64,000 nucleotides of DNA from an archaeon (GCA_018671515.1 JABHHN010000062.1:13746-77745); one strand, 5' to 3'. Counted from the stretch's first letter, positions 51,309 through 61,580 are shown. Translations and numbers: made by a program. Notes: generated by a model from the letters alone, not told the origin.

Positions 51309-51336
51309 AAACGATTATTAACTCTTCCAAATATAT

Positions 51337-51696
51337 TTAATCCGACAATGCATCTCTATCTAATTTACTCTTTGATTTATGGCACTCTTTACAAAGTGTT
51401 CTAAGATTAGCTTTTTCAAATAATTTACCACCCATTTGGATTGGAATTATATGATCAACTTCAAGCCCTGCTTTTCTAAATCGTTTTTTACAAATACTAC
51501 ATCTGTATTTATCTCTTCTTAAAACATCTTTTCTAACCCAAAACCATGAATTATTCCTATTGAATTCATCCATGCATATTTTAGAACAATAATGACGTCG
51601 TCCTTCTCCAATTAGATTATCGCAATTCCTACAAAGTTTATCTCCTAAACTATCAAATTTGTCAGGCGTGTCAGATATTCTTGGATAACGTGGCAT
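51337..51696 (-). CDS. HNH endonuclease with N-terminal Zn finger
   Basis: CRNC..YCSKIC; RDKYRCSIC; VDHIIPI..GG....NLRTLCKECH. Confidence 0.92.
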   Translation of the reverse strand: MPRYPRISDTPDKFDSLGDKLCRNCDNLIGEGRRHYCSKICMDEFNRNNSWFWVRKDVLRRDKYRCSICKKRFRKAGLEVDHIIPIQMGGKLFEKANLRTLCKECHKSKSKLDRDALSD

Positions 51697-51770
51697 AGTA
51701 ATTCTAATATTTGAATCTTTTAAAACAATTTTTATTTTTGTAGTTAATTTTTTATTATTTAATTTGTTTT

Positions 51771-51880
51771 ATAATTAAAATCCACGATTTTGTGGATTTT
51801 CAACTCGCAAAGTCAAATTGGTCTAGTTCATATCCACAAACTCAAGTATATGATATTAGCCTAGACTTTACAATAATTAA
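51771..51880. repeat. dispersed palindromic intergenic element, family A copy 2 (inverted)
   Basis: Reverse complement aligns with 3590-3748; hairpin AAAATCCAC-GATTTT-GTGGATTTT. Confidence 0.9.
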
Positions 51881-51883
51881 AAA

Positions 51884-52438
51884 ATGAAAAATGCATTTAT
51901 AATACATGGAACTGAAGGTTATCCCGAAGAAAACTGGTTTCCATGGCTAAAAGAAAAATTAGAAGCAAATAATTACAAAGTATTTATTCCTCAATTTCCA
52001 ACTCCTAAAAATCAAGACCCTGAACACTGGTTTGAAGTTTTTAATGAATATGAAAAATATCTTGATAATGAAACTATAATTGTTGCACATAGTGGTGGGT
52101 GTGCTTTTTTATTAAGACTTTTGGAAAAAATTAAAATTAAAATCAATATAGCTGTTTTTGTTGCACCACCTGTAGGTGTAATGCCTATAAAATATATAAA
52201 AGCAGATTGGCCATTTATTAAAGATCCTATTGATTGGAAAAAGATAAAAAGTAATTCAAATAATTTTTTAGTTTTTCACTCAGTTGACGATCCATTCATA
52301 TGCATTGAAAATGGTGAAAAAGTTGCAGAAGAATTAGGAACAAATTTAATTAGATTAGAAGATGCAGGACATTTCAATAAAAAATCAGGTTATCTTAAAT
52401 TTGACCTTCTTTTAGAAAAATTAAAACCAAATCTTTAA
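51884..52438 (+). CDS. RBBP9/YdeN family serine hydrolase
   Basis: IIHG....NWFPWL, AHSGG, HSVDDP, AGHFN. Confidence 0.92.
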   Translation: MKNAFIIHGTEGYPEENWFPWLKEKLEANNYKVFIPQFPTPKNQDPEHWFEVFNEYEKYLDNETIIVAHSGGCAFLLRLLEKIKIKINIAVFVAPPVGVMPIKYIKADWPFIKDPIDWKKIKSNSNNFLVFHSVDDPFICIENGEKVAEELGTNLIRLEDAGHFNKKSGYLKFDLLLEKLKPNL

Positions 52439-52511
52439 CAAAATTATTTTTATCAAAACAAAAACAATTATAAAACATAAAAACAATCATAATTCACAGG
52501 GTGATTTATTT

Positions 52512-53045
52512 ATGGACAATTCAAATATTCTAAAATTAAAATCATTGATGAGAAACGTACCTGATTATCCTATACCTGGAATTAATTTCTTTGATATTAC
52601 TACAATCTTAAAAGATTCAGTTGGTCTTAAATTATCAATTAATGAAATGTATGAATCAATCAAAGATATGAAAATTGATAAGGTTGCAGGAACTGAAAGC
52701 AGAGGTTTTATTTTTGGAGTCCCATTAGCATTAAAATTAGGAGTTGGTTTCATTCCAATAAGAAAACCTGGAAAACTTCCGGCAGAAACAATATCCAAAG
52801 AATATTCACTTGAATATGGAACAAATAAAATTGAAATTCATAAAGATGCAGTAAGTCCAGGAGAAAATATTCTTTTAGTTGATGATTTGATTGCTACAGG
52901 TGGAACTGCAAAAGCATCTGTTGATTTAATAAAAGAATTAGGTGGTAATGTTCCTGCATTTCTATCCTTAGTTGAACTTAAATTCCTTAATGGAAGAGAA
53001 TTATTAGAAGAAATTAAAGTAATATCTATTTTAAAATATAATTAA
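52512..53045 (+). CDS. apt: adenine phosphoribosyltransferase
   Basis: ESRGF, RKPGKLP, YSLEYG, VDDLIATGGT. Confidence 0.97.
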   Translation: MDNSNILKLKSLMRNVPDYPIPGINFFDITTILKDSVGLKLSINEMYESIKDMKIDKVAGTESRGFIFGVPLALKLGVGFIPIRKPGKLPAETISKEYSLEYGTNKIEIHKDAVSPGENILLVDDLIATGGTAKASVDLIKELGGNVPAFLSLVELKFLNGRELLEEIKVISILKYN

Positions 53046-53049
53046 AAAA

Positions 53050-54132
53050 ATGCTGAAATATAATAAACTAAAATGGAGCGAACTCTTTGAAAAAATAAGC
53101 CCTATTATTTTAAATCCTAAAAAATCTTCCATAACAATTAGTTTATCAAAAAGATTTATTTTATTTGATTTTTTAAATAAAATTACAAAAAACATTGAAG
53201 ATGATCCACATTTGAATTATCTTTCAATACTTAAGTATTACAAAGTTCTAGGCAACCTATTGACTGGCTCAATACATGAACTTCATCGTGATAGGAATAA
53301 AAAATATTTCAAGGATTTTTTTATTGATAATGATCTTTATATTTTAGTCAAAACAGATTTAGAAAGAGTTTATAAGATAAATAATAAATTAAATTTAACA
53401 ATTACAAAAAGAGGAATTATCATATATGATAATTATAAAATTAATGATTTTAACATGCTTCTACTTACTACACATTCAGGAACATGGGTACCTGAAAATA
53501 TTAAAAATAAACAATTAATATCCAATGAAACTAGATTTCTTGAAGAAGATATTGCAATAGACAGAATATATAGTGATTTAGTTTTAAAAAAATCTGGTAT
53601 TTGGATAGATAATAAAATGTCAAGGTTTGCTTGTGATTATAACAGAACTCCAAAGAGAGCAATCTATAATGATCATTCTGAAAGCTGGATAAAAAAATTA
53701 TGGAAAACAGATCTTACAAAAAATGAAAAACAACGTTTAATGAAAGGATACGAAGAATTCTATTTTATTCTAGAACAATTGATTGTAACATACAAATTCA
53801 ACATAATATTTGATGGTCATTCTATGAGAGATGCAAAAGGAAGACCAGATGTAAGTTTTGGTGTAAAGTTTGTTCCTGATTTTTATATGCCTATAATCCA
53901 TCATTTAAAAACCGAATTTGCAGATAAACAATGCTTCTGTGATGTTGAATTAAATGCACCATATAGTGGAGGTCATATTTTAGAAAGAATACATAGAAAA
54001 CATCCAAATGTATTTACAAGTTCTCTTGAAATTAATAAAAGACTTTACATGTCTAAAAACAGAAAAAAAGTCAAAGAAGATAAAATATTAGATTTGTCTG
54101 AAAAAATATTTAAAATATTTGGAAATTTTTAA
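53050..54132 (+). CDS. N-formylglutamate amidohydrolase family protein with N-terminal extension
   Basis: THSG, EED, SRFACDYNR, DGHSM, NAPYSGG, LEINKRLY. Confidence 0.85.
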   Translation: MLKYNKLKWSELFEKISPIILNPKKSSITISLSKRFILFDFLNKITKNIEDDPHLNYLSILKYYKVLGNLLTGSIHELHRDRNKKYFKDFFIDNDLYILVKTDLERVYKINNKLNLTITKRGIIIYDNYKINDFNMLLLTTHSGTWVPENIKNKQLISNETRFLEEDIAIDRIYSDLVLKKSGIWIDNKMSRFACDYNRTPKRAIYNDHSESWIKKLWKTDLTKNEKQRLMKGYEEFYFILEQLIVTYKFNIIFDGHSMRDAKGRPDVSFGVKFVPDFYMPIIHHLKTEFADKQCFCDVELNAPYSGGHILERIHRKHPNVFTSSLEINKRLYMSKNRKKVKEDKILDLSEKIFKIFGNF

Positions 54133-54137
54133 AATTT

Positions 54138-54836
54138 TTATTTCCTATAGAATTCAAGTGCTTTAACAAAATCATTTTTTGAATACAAATCAAATGATTT
54201 TTCTAAAAACAATATTTTTGCACCTACACTATCCCACATGAATGTTCCTGTAAATGTTTTTCCAAATTCAACAATCATATCTGCAGGAAGAAAATATGAA
54301 CTATAAATATTTTCCTTTACTTTTTCTACATCTACTGCAAATTCATCTTCTTTGTTAAGTTCAATTTTTTTCACCATGACTTTACATGCATCTGCTATTT
54401 CCTGATATGGGTCATACCCAATACAAATATTTAGAAAAAAATCATTATATTCTTTTGTCTCAAGTGTTATCTTTTTCATATAATCAACAATGTAACCTGT
54501 AATACCTGTCCACTTACCAATTACAAGAACTCTAATTTTTTTTTCTTTTGCAATAATTGGTAAATAATCATCAAAGAGATGCATGTGACCTGTGTCAGTT
54601 AATAAATCTGCTTTTTTACCAAGATTCAATGTTAAAATTGGAATATTATATTCAATTTGTGATTCAATAATTTGTTTTATACTTTCAAGTCTTTTATTAT
54701 TGACTTCTTTTTTTTTCTCTTTTTCTTCAAATTTTTCCTGTTCTGGAATATTAATTATAACATGTTTTGGAAGATTTTCTGCCTTAAAATCAGGTCTTTT
54801 CATAATCATTTCTTGTATTTTTTTTACATCTAACAT
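54138..54836 (-). CDS. cis-prenyltransferase (UppS)-like protein, catalytically degenerate
   Basis: PKHV, IRVLVIG, LNICIGYD..EI.DA, FMWD present; DGNRR and RTSGE.R.S absent. Confidence 0.8.
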   Translation of the reverse strand: MLDVKKIQEMIMKRPDFKAENLPKHVIINIPEQEKFEEKEKKKEVNNKRLESIKQIIESQIEYNIPILTLNLGKKADLLTDTGHMHLFDDYLPIIAKEKKIRVLVIGKWTGITGYIVDYMKKITLETKEYNDFFLNICIGYDPYQEIADACKVMVKKIELNKEDEFAVDVEKVKENIYSSYFLPADMIVEFGKTFTGTFMWDSVGAKILFLEKSFDLYSKNDFVKALEFYRK

Positions 54837-54914
54837 AGATTTAGAAAAATTTACTAGATTTATAAAGATTGTTTCTAATATGTTTATATATTAGATACTT
54901 TTTACTCATGTAAA

Positions 54915-55340
54915 ATGAGCGATATATCAGATACTGTGTTAGTTATTGAAGATGAGCCAGATATTGTAATGTTTATGAAAAGAGTTTTAGAGTCTAAAGG
55001 ATATACGGTTGAAACTGCTAAAAATTATCAACAAGCAATGGATGCTTTAGATGGTAATGCAAACCCTAATGAAAGTGGAAATTATAGTGGACTATCAAAA
55101 TATGGATATATTTTTACTGATAACCAATTACCTGGTGGGTCTGGGATTGATATAGTTAAAAAAATTAGAGGTCCTAATTATAACACCATAAACCCTAATA
55201 TAAAAATAATATTTATGTCCGCTGATATTTCAGGTACTACTAAAAGTGAGTTAGAAGGTAAAGTAGACTTATATTTACCTAAACCTATAGATATGGATAT
55301 AATTTCAAGACCTAATCTAGAAAAACTTTACACAAAATAA
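54915..55340 (+). CDS. stand-alone response regulator receiver
   Basis: IEDE, TDNQLPGGSG, MSA, KP. Confidence 0.92.
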   Translation: MSDISDTVLVIEDEPDIVMFMKRVLESKGYTVETAKNYQQAMDALDGNANPNESGNYSGLSKYGYIFTDNQLPGGSGIDIVKKIRGPNYNTINPNIKIIFMSADISGTTKSELEGKVDLYLPKPIDMDIISRPNLEKLYTK

Positions 55341-55418
55341 TTTCTATTCTTATTATTTTAATAATTGAAACATTAAAATATATATTTTTAAATTAATTTA
55401 TCATTCCCATTAAATAAG

Positions 55419-55826
55419 ATGGGAAAAAGTTTAGAAAAAATATTGTTAATTGAAGATGAAAATAGTATATTAATTACTATGAAATTTCAATTAGAAGAAG
55501 AAGGCTACCTAGTAGAAACTGCTAAAACATACAAAGATGCAGTAAAAGCAGTAAAAGGAGAAGGAAATTATAGTGGATTAAATGAATATAAATATATTAT
55601 TACTGACAATCAATTGCCTGATGGCTTGGGAATTAATCTAGTAAAAATGATTAGAGGGTCAGAAGATAAACAATATAATAACCAAGATGTTAAAATTATT
55701 GTTATGTCTGGAACAATGAAAGAGGATAATATTAAGCAAAAATTACAACATTATAATGTTAATTTATTTCTAGAAAAACCAACTCCACTATCATATTTCA
55801 CAAAAATCAATTTGGAAAAATTATAA
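55419..55826 (+). CDS. stand-alone response regulator receiver (tandem paralog)
   Basis: IEDE, TDNQLPDGLG, MSG, KP. Confidence 0.92.
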   Translation: MGKSLEKILLIEDENSILITMKFQLEEEGYLVETAKTYKDAVKAVKGEGNYSGLNEYKYIITDNQLPDGLGINLVKMIRGSEDKQYNNQDVKIIVMSGTMKEDNIKQKLQHYNVNLFLEKPTPLSYFTKINLEKL

Positions 55827-55880
55827 TTAGAAAAATCTTAATACCAAACCTTTAAATAATTTAAAGAGATTAATCAAATC

Positions 55881-56756
55881 ATGCTTGAGATTATTTTTAT
55901 TATTGCTTTAGTTAGTTTAGTTATTGGTTCTATTTCAGACTTAAAGACATATGAAATACCTGATTGGTTAAACTTTTCTCTAATTGCAGTTGGAGTTGGA
56001 GTTAATGCAATCTATTCATTATCTACTCAAAATTATATATACATAATTGAATGCCTTGTTGGTCTTGCATTCTCAGTTGCACTAGCTTATCTAATGTTTT
56101 ATACTGGTCAATGGGGTGGAGGAGATAGTAAAATGATTATGGGCCTAGGTGCAATAATTGGTCTTCCATTTAAAATTACTTATATGTCATTTTTATCATA
56201 TTTTTACATAAATATTGCATTTATTGGAGCATTATATGGTTTCATATGGATTATTTCATATTTATTATTCAATCTAAAAAAAGTATTTAAAAGAACTAAA
56301 TTAAAACTAAAAAAGACTAAACTAGTAAGATATATTGTATATGGATTTACAATCATATCAATAGCTTTAGTTTATTTCATGCCCGAAAGTGCAATAGACC
56401 CAATCTTCAAATATTTTGCATATAGTATGATATTTTTTATATTTTCTACATTCTTCATATGGGTTGTAGTAAAATCAATTGAAGAAGTATGCATGATAAA
56501 AAAAGTTGCTCCTGAAAAACTTACAGAAGGAGACTGGATTGTAAAAGATATCAAAATTGATGGTAAAAGAATATGTGGTCCTAAGGATTTGGGAATTGAG
56601 AGAAAACAAATTGATCAATTAATCAAATTCAAAAAACAAAAAAAAATAACTTATGTCACAATAAAAAATGGAATACCATTTGTTCCTTCGTTTTTATTTG
56701 CATTTGTATATACAATTATTTTTAATAATATTATATTTCTCTCGATGATTGTATAA
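55881..56756 (+). CDS. A24 prepilin/prearchaellin peptidase (PibD/FlaK-like)
   Basis: SDLKTYEIPD, WGGGDSK, LTEGDWI, IPFVP. Confidence 0.92.
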   Translation: MLEIIFIIALVSLVIGSISDLKTYEIPDWLNFSLIAVGVGVNAIYSLSTQNYIYIIECLVGLAFSVALAYLMFYTGQWGGGDSKMIMGLGAIIGLPFKITYMSFLSYFYINIAFIGALYGFIWIISYLLFNLKKVFKRTKLKLKKTKLVRYIVYGFTIISIALVYFMPESAIDPIFKYFAYSMIFFIFSTFFIWVVVKSIEEVCMIKKVAPEKLTEGDWIVKDIKIDGKRICGPKDLGIERKQIDQLIKFKKQKKITYVTIKNGIPFVPSFLFAFVYTIIFNNIIFLSMIV

Positions 56757-56793
56757 AATAAATTTATATATAACTTTCTAATCTTTCAAGCAA

Positions 56794-57597
56794 ATGGTAA
56801 GTGAAAGTTTTTTAGAGTATATTGTAAACTCTAAAGAATTAGTCTTTGATCATCATTCACATGAACATAAAGGCATCAGTGTAAAAATTGATGAAGAAAC
56901 ACATTATAAAGCCAAAGATGCGGTCTTTGGTTTATCTCAACATTTTAAAAATTACTTAAATGAATTCCTAAGTGATAGTGGAACTTGGGTTGTAAAAGAA
57001 CCAAATGATTTTTTAGATCATCCTGAAGTTGAAGAAGAAACTACTAAATATGTAATCAAAAATAATGCTTCTGGAAGTATTGATTTTATTGTTGAACTTG
57101 GAAAACATAATACAGTTCAAATTTATCATTCAAAAGAAGGAAATCATAATACCAAATTTCATGATTTCCATTATTTATTAAGAAATTATCTTGACATATT
57201 AGATATTGATTCTGCCTTTTACAAATCTGCAAAATCAGGTCATACTACAACATCAGAAAAAAGCCATATCTATTTTTTAAAATCTCCAGCATTTGAAGAT
57301 AAAAAACATATAGTAGATCACCTATCTATGAGAACGGATTCAGATTTAAATTATATAAAGTTTGATAAAAAATACTATCTTAAAGCAAATCCTGAAAGTA
57401 TAACATTTTTTGCAAATGCATTAACTAAAATTCAAACTCAAAATTTTATTCTAGACTCAAATTATTTAAAAAATGAAGACATAGAACAAGGTTTTAAAAA
57501 TAATCATATAAGCATAAATTACATTAAACCTGATGATAAAAAAAAAAATTTAAATAAAACTTCAGTTAGAGACTACTTAACTAATAGACATCTATAA
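56794..57597 (+). CDS. hypothetical His-rich protein
   Basis: 267-aa ORF; no recognised motif. Confidence 0.6.
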   Translation: MVSESFLEYIVNSKELVFDHHSHEHKGISVKIDEETHYKAKDAVFGLSQHFKNYLNEFLSDSGTWVVKEPNDFLDHPEVEEETTKYVIKNNASGSIDFIVELGKHNTVQIYHSKEGNHNTKFHDFHYLLRNYLDILDIDSAFYKSAKSGHTTTSEKSHIYFLKSPAFEDKKHIVDHLSMRTDSDLNYIKFDKKYYLKANPESITFFANALTKIQTQNFILDSNYLKNEDIEQGFKNNHISINYIKPDDKKKNLNKTSVRDYLTNRHL

Positions 57598-57621
57598 TTT
57601 TAATTAACAACAAAAATAATC

Positions 57622-57954
57622 TCAAACAATCTTCTGCTGTAATAAATCTTTGACATCTCCAGTATATTGATCAATTACTACAATAAACAATCCCTTCTTA
57701 GATTGTCCATCAACATTTGAATCTACAAATATCTCTACCTTCCAGAAATTATCTTCATTAAATATCCTTGTTATTTGATTATTTGCCTGATGCACCAAGA
57801 CATTTGCTGATTCACTATCTGTCCTTGCAGTAAACCGTACTTTCTCATTTACAAAGTCAATTGCAATTTTCTCTGCCTTGTCTCTTGTAATTTTTTCTTT
57901 ACATCCTGCAAGAACTATAATTAGTAATAATATTATATAAATTATTTTTTTCAT
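57622..57954 (-). CDS. lipoprotein, PepSY-like
   Basis: Lipobox LAGC; ITRDKAEKIA...W.V...IDQYTGDV. Confidence 0.7.
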   Translation of the reverse strand: MKKIIYIILLLIIVLAGCKEKITRDKAEKIAIDFVNEKVRFTARTDSESANVLVHQANNQITRIFNEDNFWKVEIFVDSNVDGQSKKGLFIVVIDQYTGDVKDLLQQKIV

Positions 57955-58041
57955 GTTAAAGTTTAATAAAATATATTGATTTAAATTGTTTTTGAAAAGA
58001 ATTTTATTTAATTAATAGTGATACGCTTTTCTACTTGCTGA

Positions 58042-58118
58042 ATCACTATTCTTGCAAGCCAAAGGCTTGCTCTACACAAAAGAATTTTCTTGAAAAATTC
58101 TTTAAGTTAATGATGAAA
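58042..58118. repeat. palindromic intergenic element, family C copy 2
   Basis: ATCACTA...TAATGAT termini; GCAAGCC-AAA-GGCTTGC; AAAGAATTTT-CTTGA-AAAATTCTTT. Confidence 0.8.
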
Positions 58119-58230
58119 ATATTGCATAACTTTAGAAAAAGAATTCACAAATATACATCTAAAATTCATACTAATAAATGTTTTAAAAGATTTAGAAATA
58201 AAATAAAAATAAAAAAAATTAATTAAAAAC

Positions 58231-59625
58231 TTATGCTGGACAGTCTCCTATAAAGCAAGGTGCACTATTTACTGTAACTTTTACATCAACAGATACGCTT
58301 TCTCCTTCAGAATCTGTAGCTGTTACTGTTACTGTGTGCTCTCCTCCTTCTACTCCCCAAGCAATTTCTTTTGTACTTTCTTCCATCCATCCTGAATAAG
58401 ACAATGTAACTTCTCCTTCTGCATCTTCTGCTACAGGGCTTAATTCAATTGTTTTTGTCTCTCCTACTGGAATTGATACATATATATCTTCAAGTGCTTC
58501 TAATGTTGGTGCTGCATTTAATTTTTCAACCACAACTAAAACTTCCTGAGAAGCTTCAACTTCACCATCAGTTGCAATTACTTCAATTACGTATTCACCT
58601 GCATTTCCAACTTCAGTTTGCCATGATCCATCAGTAAATGGTTCTGAAAATGATACTTCAATTTCATCTCCATCTTCATCTTCTGTAACATACTCAATCA
58701 GAACTTCTTCTCCTTCAACAACATAGATTTTTCCATCTTCCATTCCTGAAATTTTAAGGGATGGTTTTCGGTTCATATTCTCAACTATTATTGTAACTTC
58801 TTTTGAAGCTTCAACTTTTCCATCTGTTGCTGTGATTGTTACTACATATTCACCTGCATCATCAAATGTTGTTTCATATGATTCACTATCCATCCATCCA
58901 GAAAATGATACTGCTACTTCATCATCATCTTCATCAGTTACTTCTGGCTCAAGGACAACTACATCTCCTTCATTAAATGTAAATTCATCAGCAATTTCAA
59001 TTACAGGAACTGCATTTTGTGGAAAAACTTTAATCATCACTACTTGTGATATTTCTTCTGTTCCATCACTTGCTGTGACTGTTACTTCATAATCACCAGC
59101 ATCACCTATTTCAGTTTGCCATGTTCCATCTTCTGCAATTGGTTCTGAATAAGTTAATGTTAATTCATCACCATCTGGATCGCTTGCTTCTGTTGCTAAC
59201 TCAACTAATTCTCCTTCGACAACAACAATGTCAGCAACACTTCCTTCCATCTCAATTTCTTCAACAACTTCTTCGACTTCAGTTTCTTCTTCAACAATTT
59301 CCACTTCAGTTTCCATATCTTCTTCTTCAGTTGCTTCTTCTTCGACTTCTTCTGTTTCCTCTTCGTGAGTCTCTTCTTCAGTTACTTCTTCTTCATGAGT
59401 CTCTTCTTCTCCTTCTTCAATCTCAATTAAAAGTGATTCATCTGTTTCTTCCTCTCCTTCAACAGGAGTCACTGCAGCATCTGGACAAGATATAACTGAT
59501 CCATCTGCACATACCAGAGTACTTGTACCTTCTGGATATGGTTGATATTGTACTGGTGTACATGCAGCAATAGCTGTAATCATAGCCAATGCTAAAATTA
59601 GAATAATATTATTTTTTTGATTCAT
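58231..59625 (-). CDS. acidic lipoprotein with four tandem Ig/cadherin-like repeats
   Basis: Lipobox-like IAAC; repeated DxDGD...GxYxVTVTAxDG; GGAGGG SD before ATG 59625. Confidence 0.85.
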   Translation of the reverse strand: MNQKNNIILILALAMITAIAACTPVQYQPYPEGTSTLVCADGSVISCPDAAVTPVEGEEETDESLLIEIEEGEEETHEEEVTEEETHEEETEEVEEEATEEEDMETEVEIVEEETEVEEVVEEIEMEGSVADIVVVEGELVELATEASDPDGDELTLTYSEPIAEDGTWQTEIGDAGDYEVTVTASDGTEEISQVVMIKVFPQNAVPVIEIADEFTFNEGDVVVLEPEVTDEDDDEVAVSFSGWMDSESYETTFDDAGEYVVTITATDGKVEASKEVTIIVENMNRKPSLKISGMEDGKIYVVEGEEVLIEYVTEDEDGDEIEVSFSEPFTDGSWQTEVGNAGEYVIEVIATDGEVEASQEVLVVVEKLNAAPTLEALEDIYVSIPVGETKTIELSPVAEDAEGEVTLSYSGWMEESTKEIAWGVEGGEHTVTVTATDSEGESVSVDVKVTVNSAPCFIGDCPA

Positions 59626-59976
59626 TATTTGCCCCTCCCAATCAAAATAATTTTGAAATCTTAATCTCAAAAATTATTTTGCCTCCATATTTATTTTTGA
59701 TTTAAACTCGCTAAATAAAATTTGTTGCTTTTTTAGCGTAACAACTATTTGTTAGTATTACCAAATAGAAACTCCTATTTATATCTTGTGGTTTTCTTAA
59801 TATTAAGAAAGCAAAAGTCAATTCACCCATAAAAAAGTAGATATGGAATTTACTATTAATCATTGCTTTCTTGATAGTAGAAAATGTATCTATAAAAAAA
59901 TAACAATCAACATTTTCTTAAATTTTATACAATCATCAAAGATAAATTTATATTCTAAAAGATTGTTCAAAATGAT

Positions 59977-60141
59977 ATGTCATTAATAGCAAAAACACAA
60001 ATAAAAGAAATCATTGGAGACTTTAGTCTATCCTCAGATTTCATCCCTGCACTTGATCAGGAAGTAAGACAAATAGTAAAAAAGGCAATACTTAGAGCAA
60101 AGAAGAATAATAGAAGAACTGTTATGGCAAGAGATATTTAA
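59977..60141 (+). CDS. 54-aa short histone-fold protein (not in ORF track)
   Basis: MSLIAKTQIKEIIGDFSLSSDFIPALDQEVRQIVKKAILRAKKNNRRTVMARDI; RA..N.R.TV..RD signature. Confidence 0.88.
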   Translation: MSLIAKTQIKEIIGDFSLSSDFIPALDQEVRQIVKKAILRAKKNNRRTVMARDI

Positions 60142-60147
60142 TTAAAA

Positions 60148-60828
60148 TCAATAAATGTCTTCAATTTTTTTTGTCAAATTATCTATTGCATTCTTTAATT
60201 TAGAAAGTCTTTTTTTCTTATCCTTGTAAGCTTTTAATCTTTTGACCCTATTGTATTCATTTTTTATGAGTTCTAATTTTTCTTTTAGTGGATCAAGTCT
60301 CTCATCTAGAAATTTTCTATGTATTTTTTTTTCTAATTCTTCTTGTCTTTCTCTTTTTTTTTCAGAAGAGAGAGCTGCTAATCTCTCATCTTTATTTACC
60401 AATTGAGTAATCTGCTCTTTTTGCTGAACAATTGGTTTTTGAAATCCTAATTTTTCTTCAATCTTTTTTTCAAGTTCGTGTTTTCTCTCTATACCTGTAA
60501 ATATTTCAGAAGGAAAAACTTTCTCAATGTCTGTTTTTGATCTTTTTGGATTATGATTTTTAATCTGTGAAATGTTTTTTATTTCATCAATTATTTCTTG
60601 TTTTGATCTTAATTTTTTTTCTTTAAATATATCTGGTTTTATTCTTTGTTCAATATCATTTAATTTTATTGATAAAAGTCTATTTTTATCTTCTAAATCA
60701 TTAATTTTTGATTTTAATGTATTTTCCTGATGTGCTTTTACATGATATTTTCTAGAATTAATTGCTAAATATTTAAGAAGGTTTTTTGCATCCTGCATAT
60801 TTAATGAAGGTGTCACTTGCTGCTGCAT
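60148..60828 (-). CDS. coiled-coil hypothetical protein
   Basis: K/E-rich helical ORF. Confidence 0.65.
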   Translation of the reverse strand: MQQQVTPSLNMQDAKNLLKYLAINSRKYHVKAHQENTLKSKINDLEDKNRLLSIKLNDIEQRIKPDIFKEKKLRSKQEIIDEIKNISQIKNHNPKRSKTDIEKVFPSEIFTGIERKHELEKKIEEKLGFQKPIVQQKEQITQLVNKDERLAALSSEKKRERQEELEKKIHRKFLDERLDPLKEKLELIKNEYNRVKRLKAYKDKKKRLSKLKNAIDNLTKKIEDIY

Positions 60829-60829
60829 T

Positions 60830-61468
60830 TTATTTGAATTCTAATGGTCCTAATTTAAATCCTTTTTTTGCTTTTTTTGCTTCTTCGTGATGTTCTGGTG
60901 CTGGTGGTTTCTGTGTTGTAGGAAGTGGTTTTGGATTAAACATAGGTTTGGAATTATTTGTCATTGGAGGCATGCTAAAATTATCATGTTGAGGCGCCAT
61001 TGGTGTTGGTGCACTTGGAAATGATTGCATAGGAGGAACACTTGACATCCTTGGTGCTGAACCAAATGATAATGACTGTGGTGCCTGATTATGTTGTGGT
61101 GGAGGTGTTTGGTTTTCAGGAGGCATATTCAAATGCATTTTTTGCATATCTTGAACCATATCAGCTACAGCAACAATTCCTTTTGCTATCTTTTCATTCT
61201 GTTCAAGAAGTTTATCTATTTTGTCTGATAGAGGACCCATCTTATCTGACATAAGAACTGAATCATGTTCATCTAACTTCATATCATTATAAGCTTGATT
61301 AAATATTGTAAGTAAAGAATTCATTGAACTTGATAATCTATCCATTGAATTTGACATAACATCCTGGTTTGTTCCTTCACCAGATTTCAATTTTTTTATT
61401 TCTGTTTTTAATCTTTCAACTTCATTATGAGGTAGAATTTCATAATTTTCATCCATAATCATCACCAA
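60830..61468 (-). CDS. hypothetical protein, coiled coil plus Pro-rich tail
   Basis: YEILPH..V..LK, QNEKIAKGIVAVADMV; low-complexity C-terminus. Confidence 0.7.
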   Translation of the reverse strand: MVMIMDENYEILPHNEVERLKTEIKKLKSGEGTNQDVMSNSMDRLSSSMNSLLTIFNQAYNDMKLDEHDSVLMSDKMGPLSDKIDKLLEQNEKIAKGIVAVADMVQDMQKMHLNMPPENQTPPPQHNQAPQSLSFGSAPRMSSVPPMQSFPSAPTPMAPQHDNFSMPPMTNNSKPMFNPKPLPTTQKPPAPEHHEEAKKAKKGFKLGPLEFK

Positions 61469-61580
61469 TCTTTTATAGGCAGTATTAGTAGAATTAGATT
61501 TATTATGTTTAAATAGTTTACTGTTTTTTCAAACTATGTTATTCTTCTAAATTTTTTAATTTATGTGTTTTTATTTTTTC

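Noticed and set aside
51337-51880. HNH endonuclease as the mobiliser of the adjacent family A repeat
   Set aside because: Adjacency only; the other copy has no HNH neighbour and stand-alone HNH genes are common.
19161-58118. C/D-box sRNA interpretation of the TGATGA motifs
   Set aside because: TGATGA sits at the 3' end of the cassettes with no properly placed downstream CTGA, the opposite of C/D box layout.
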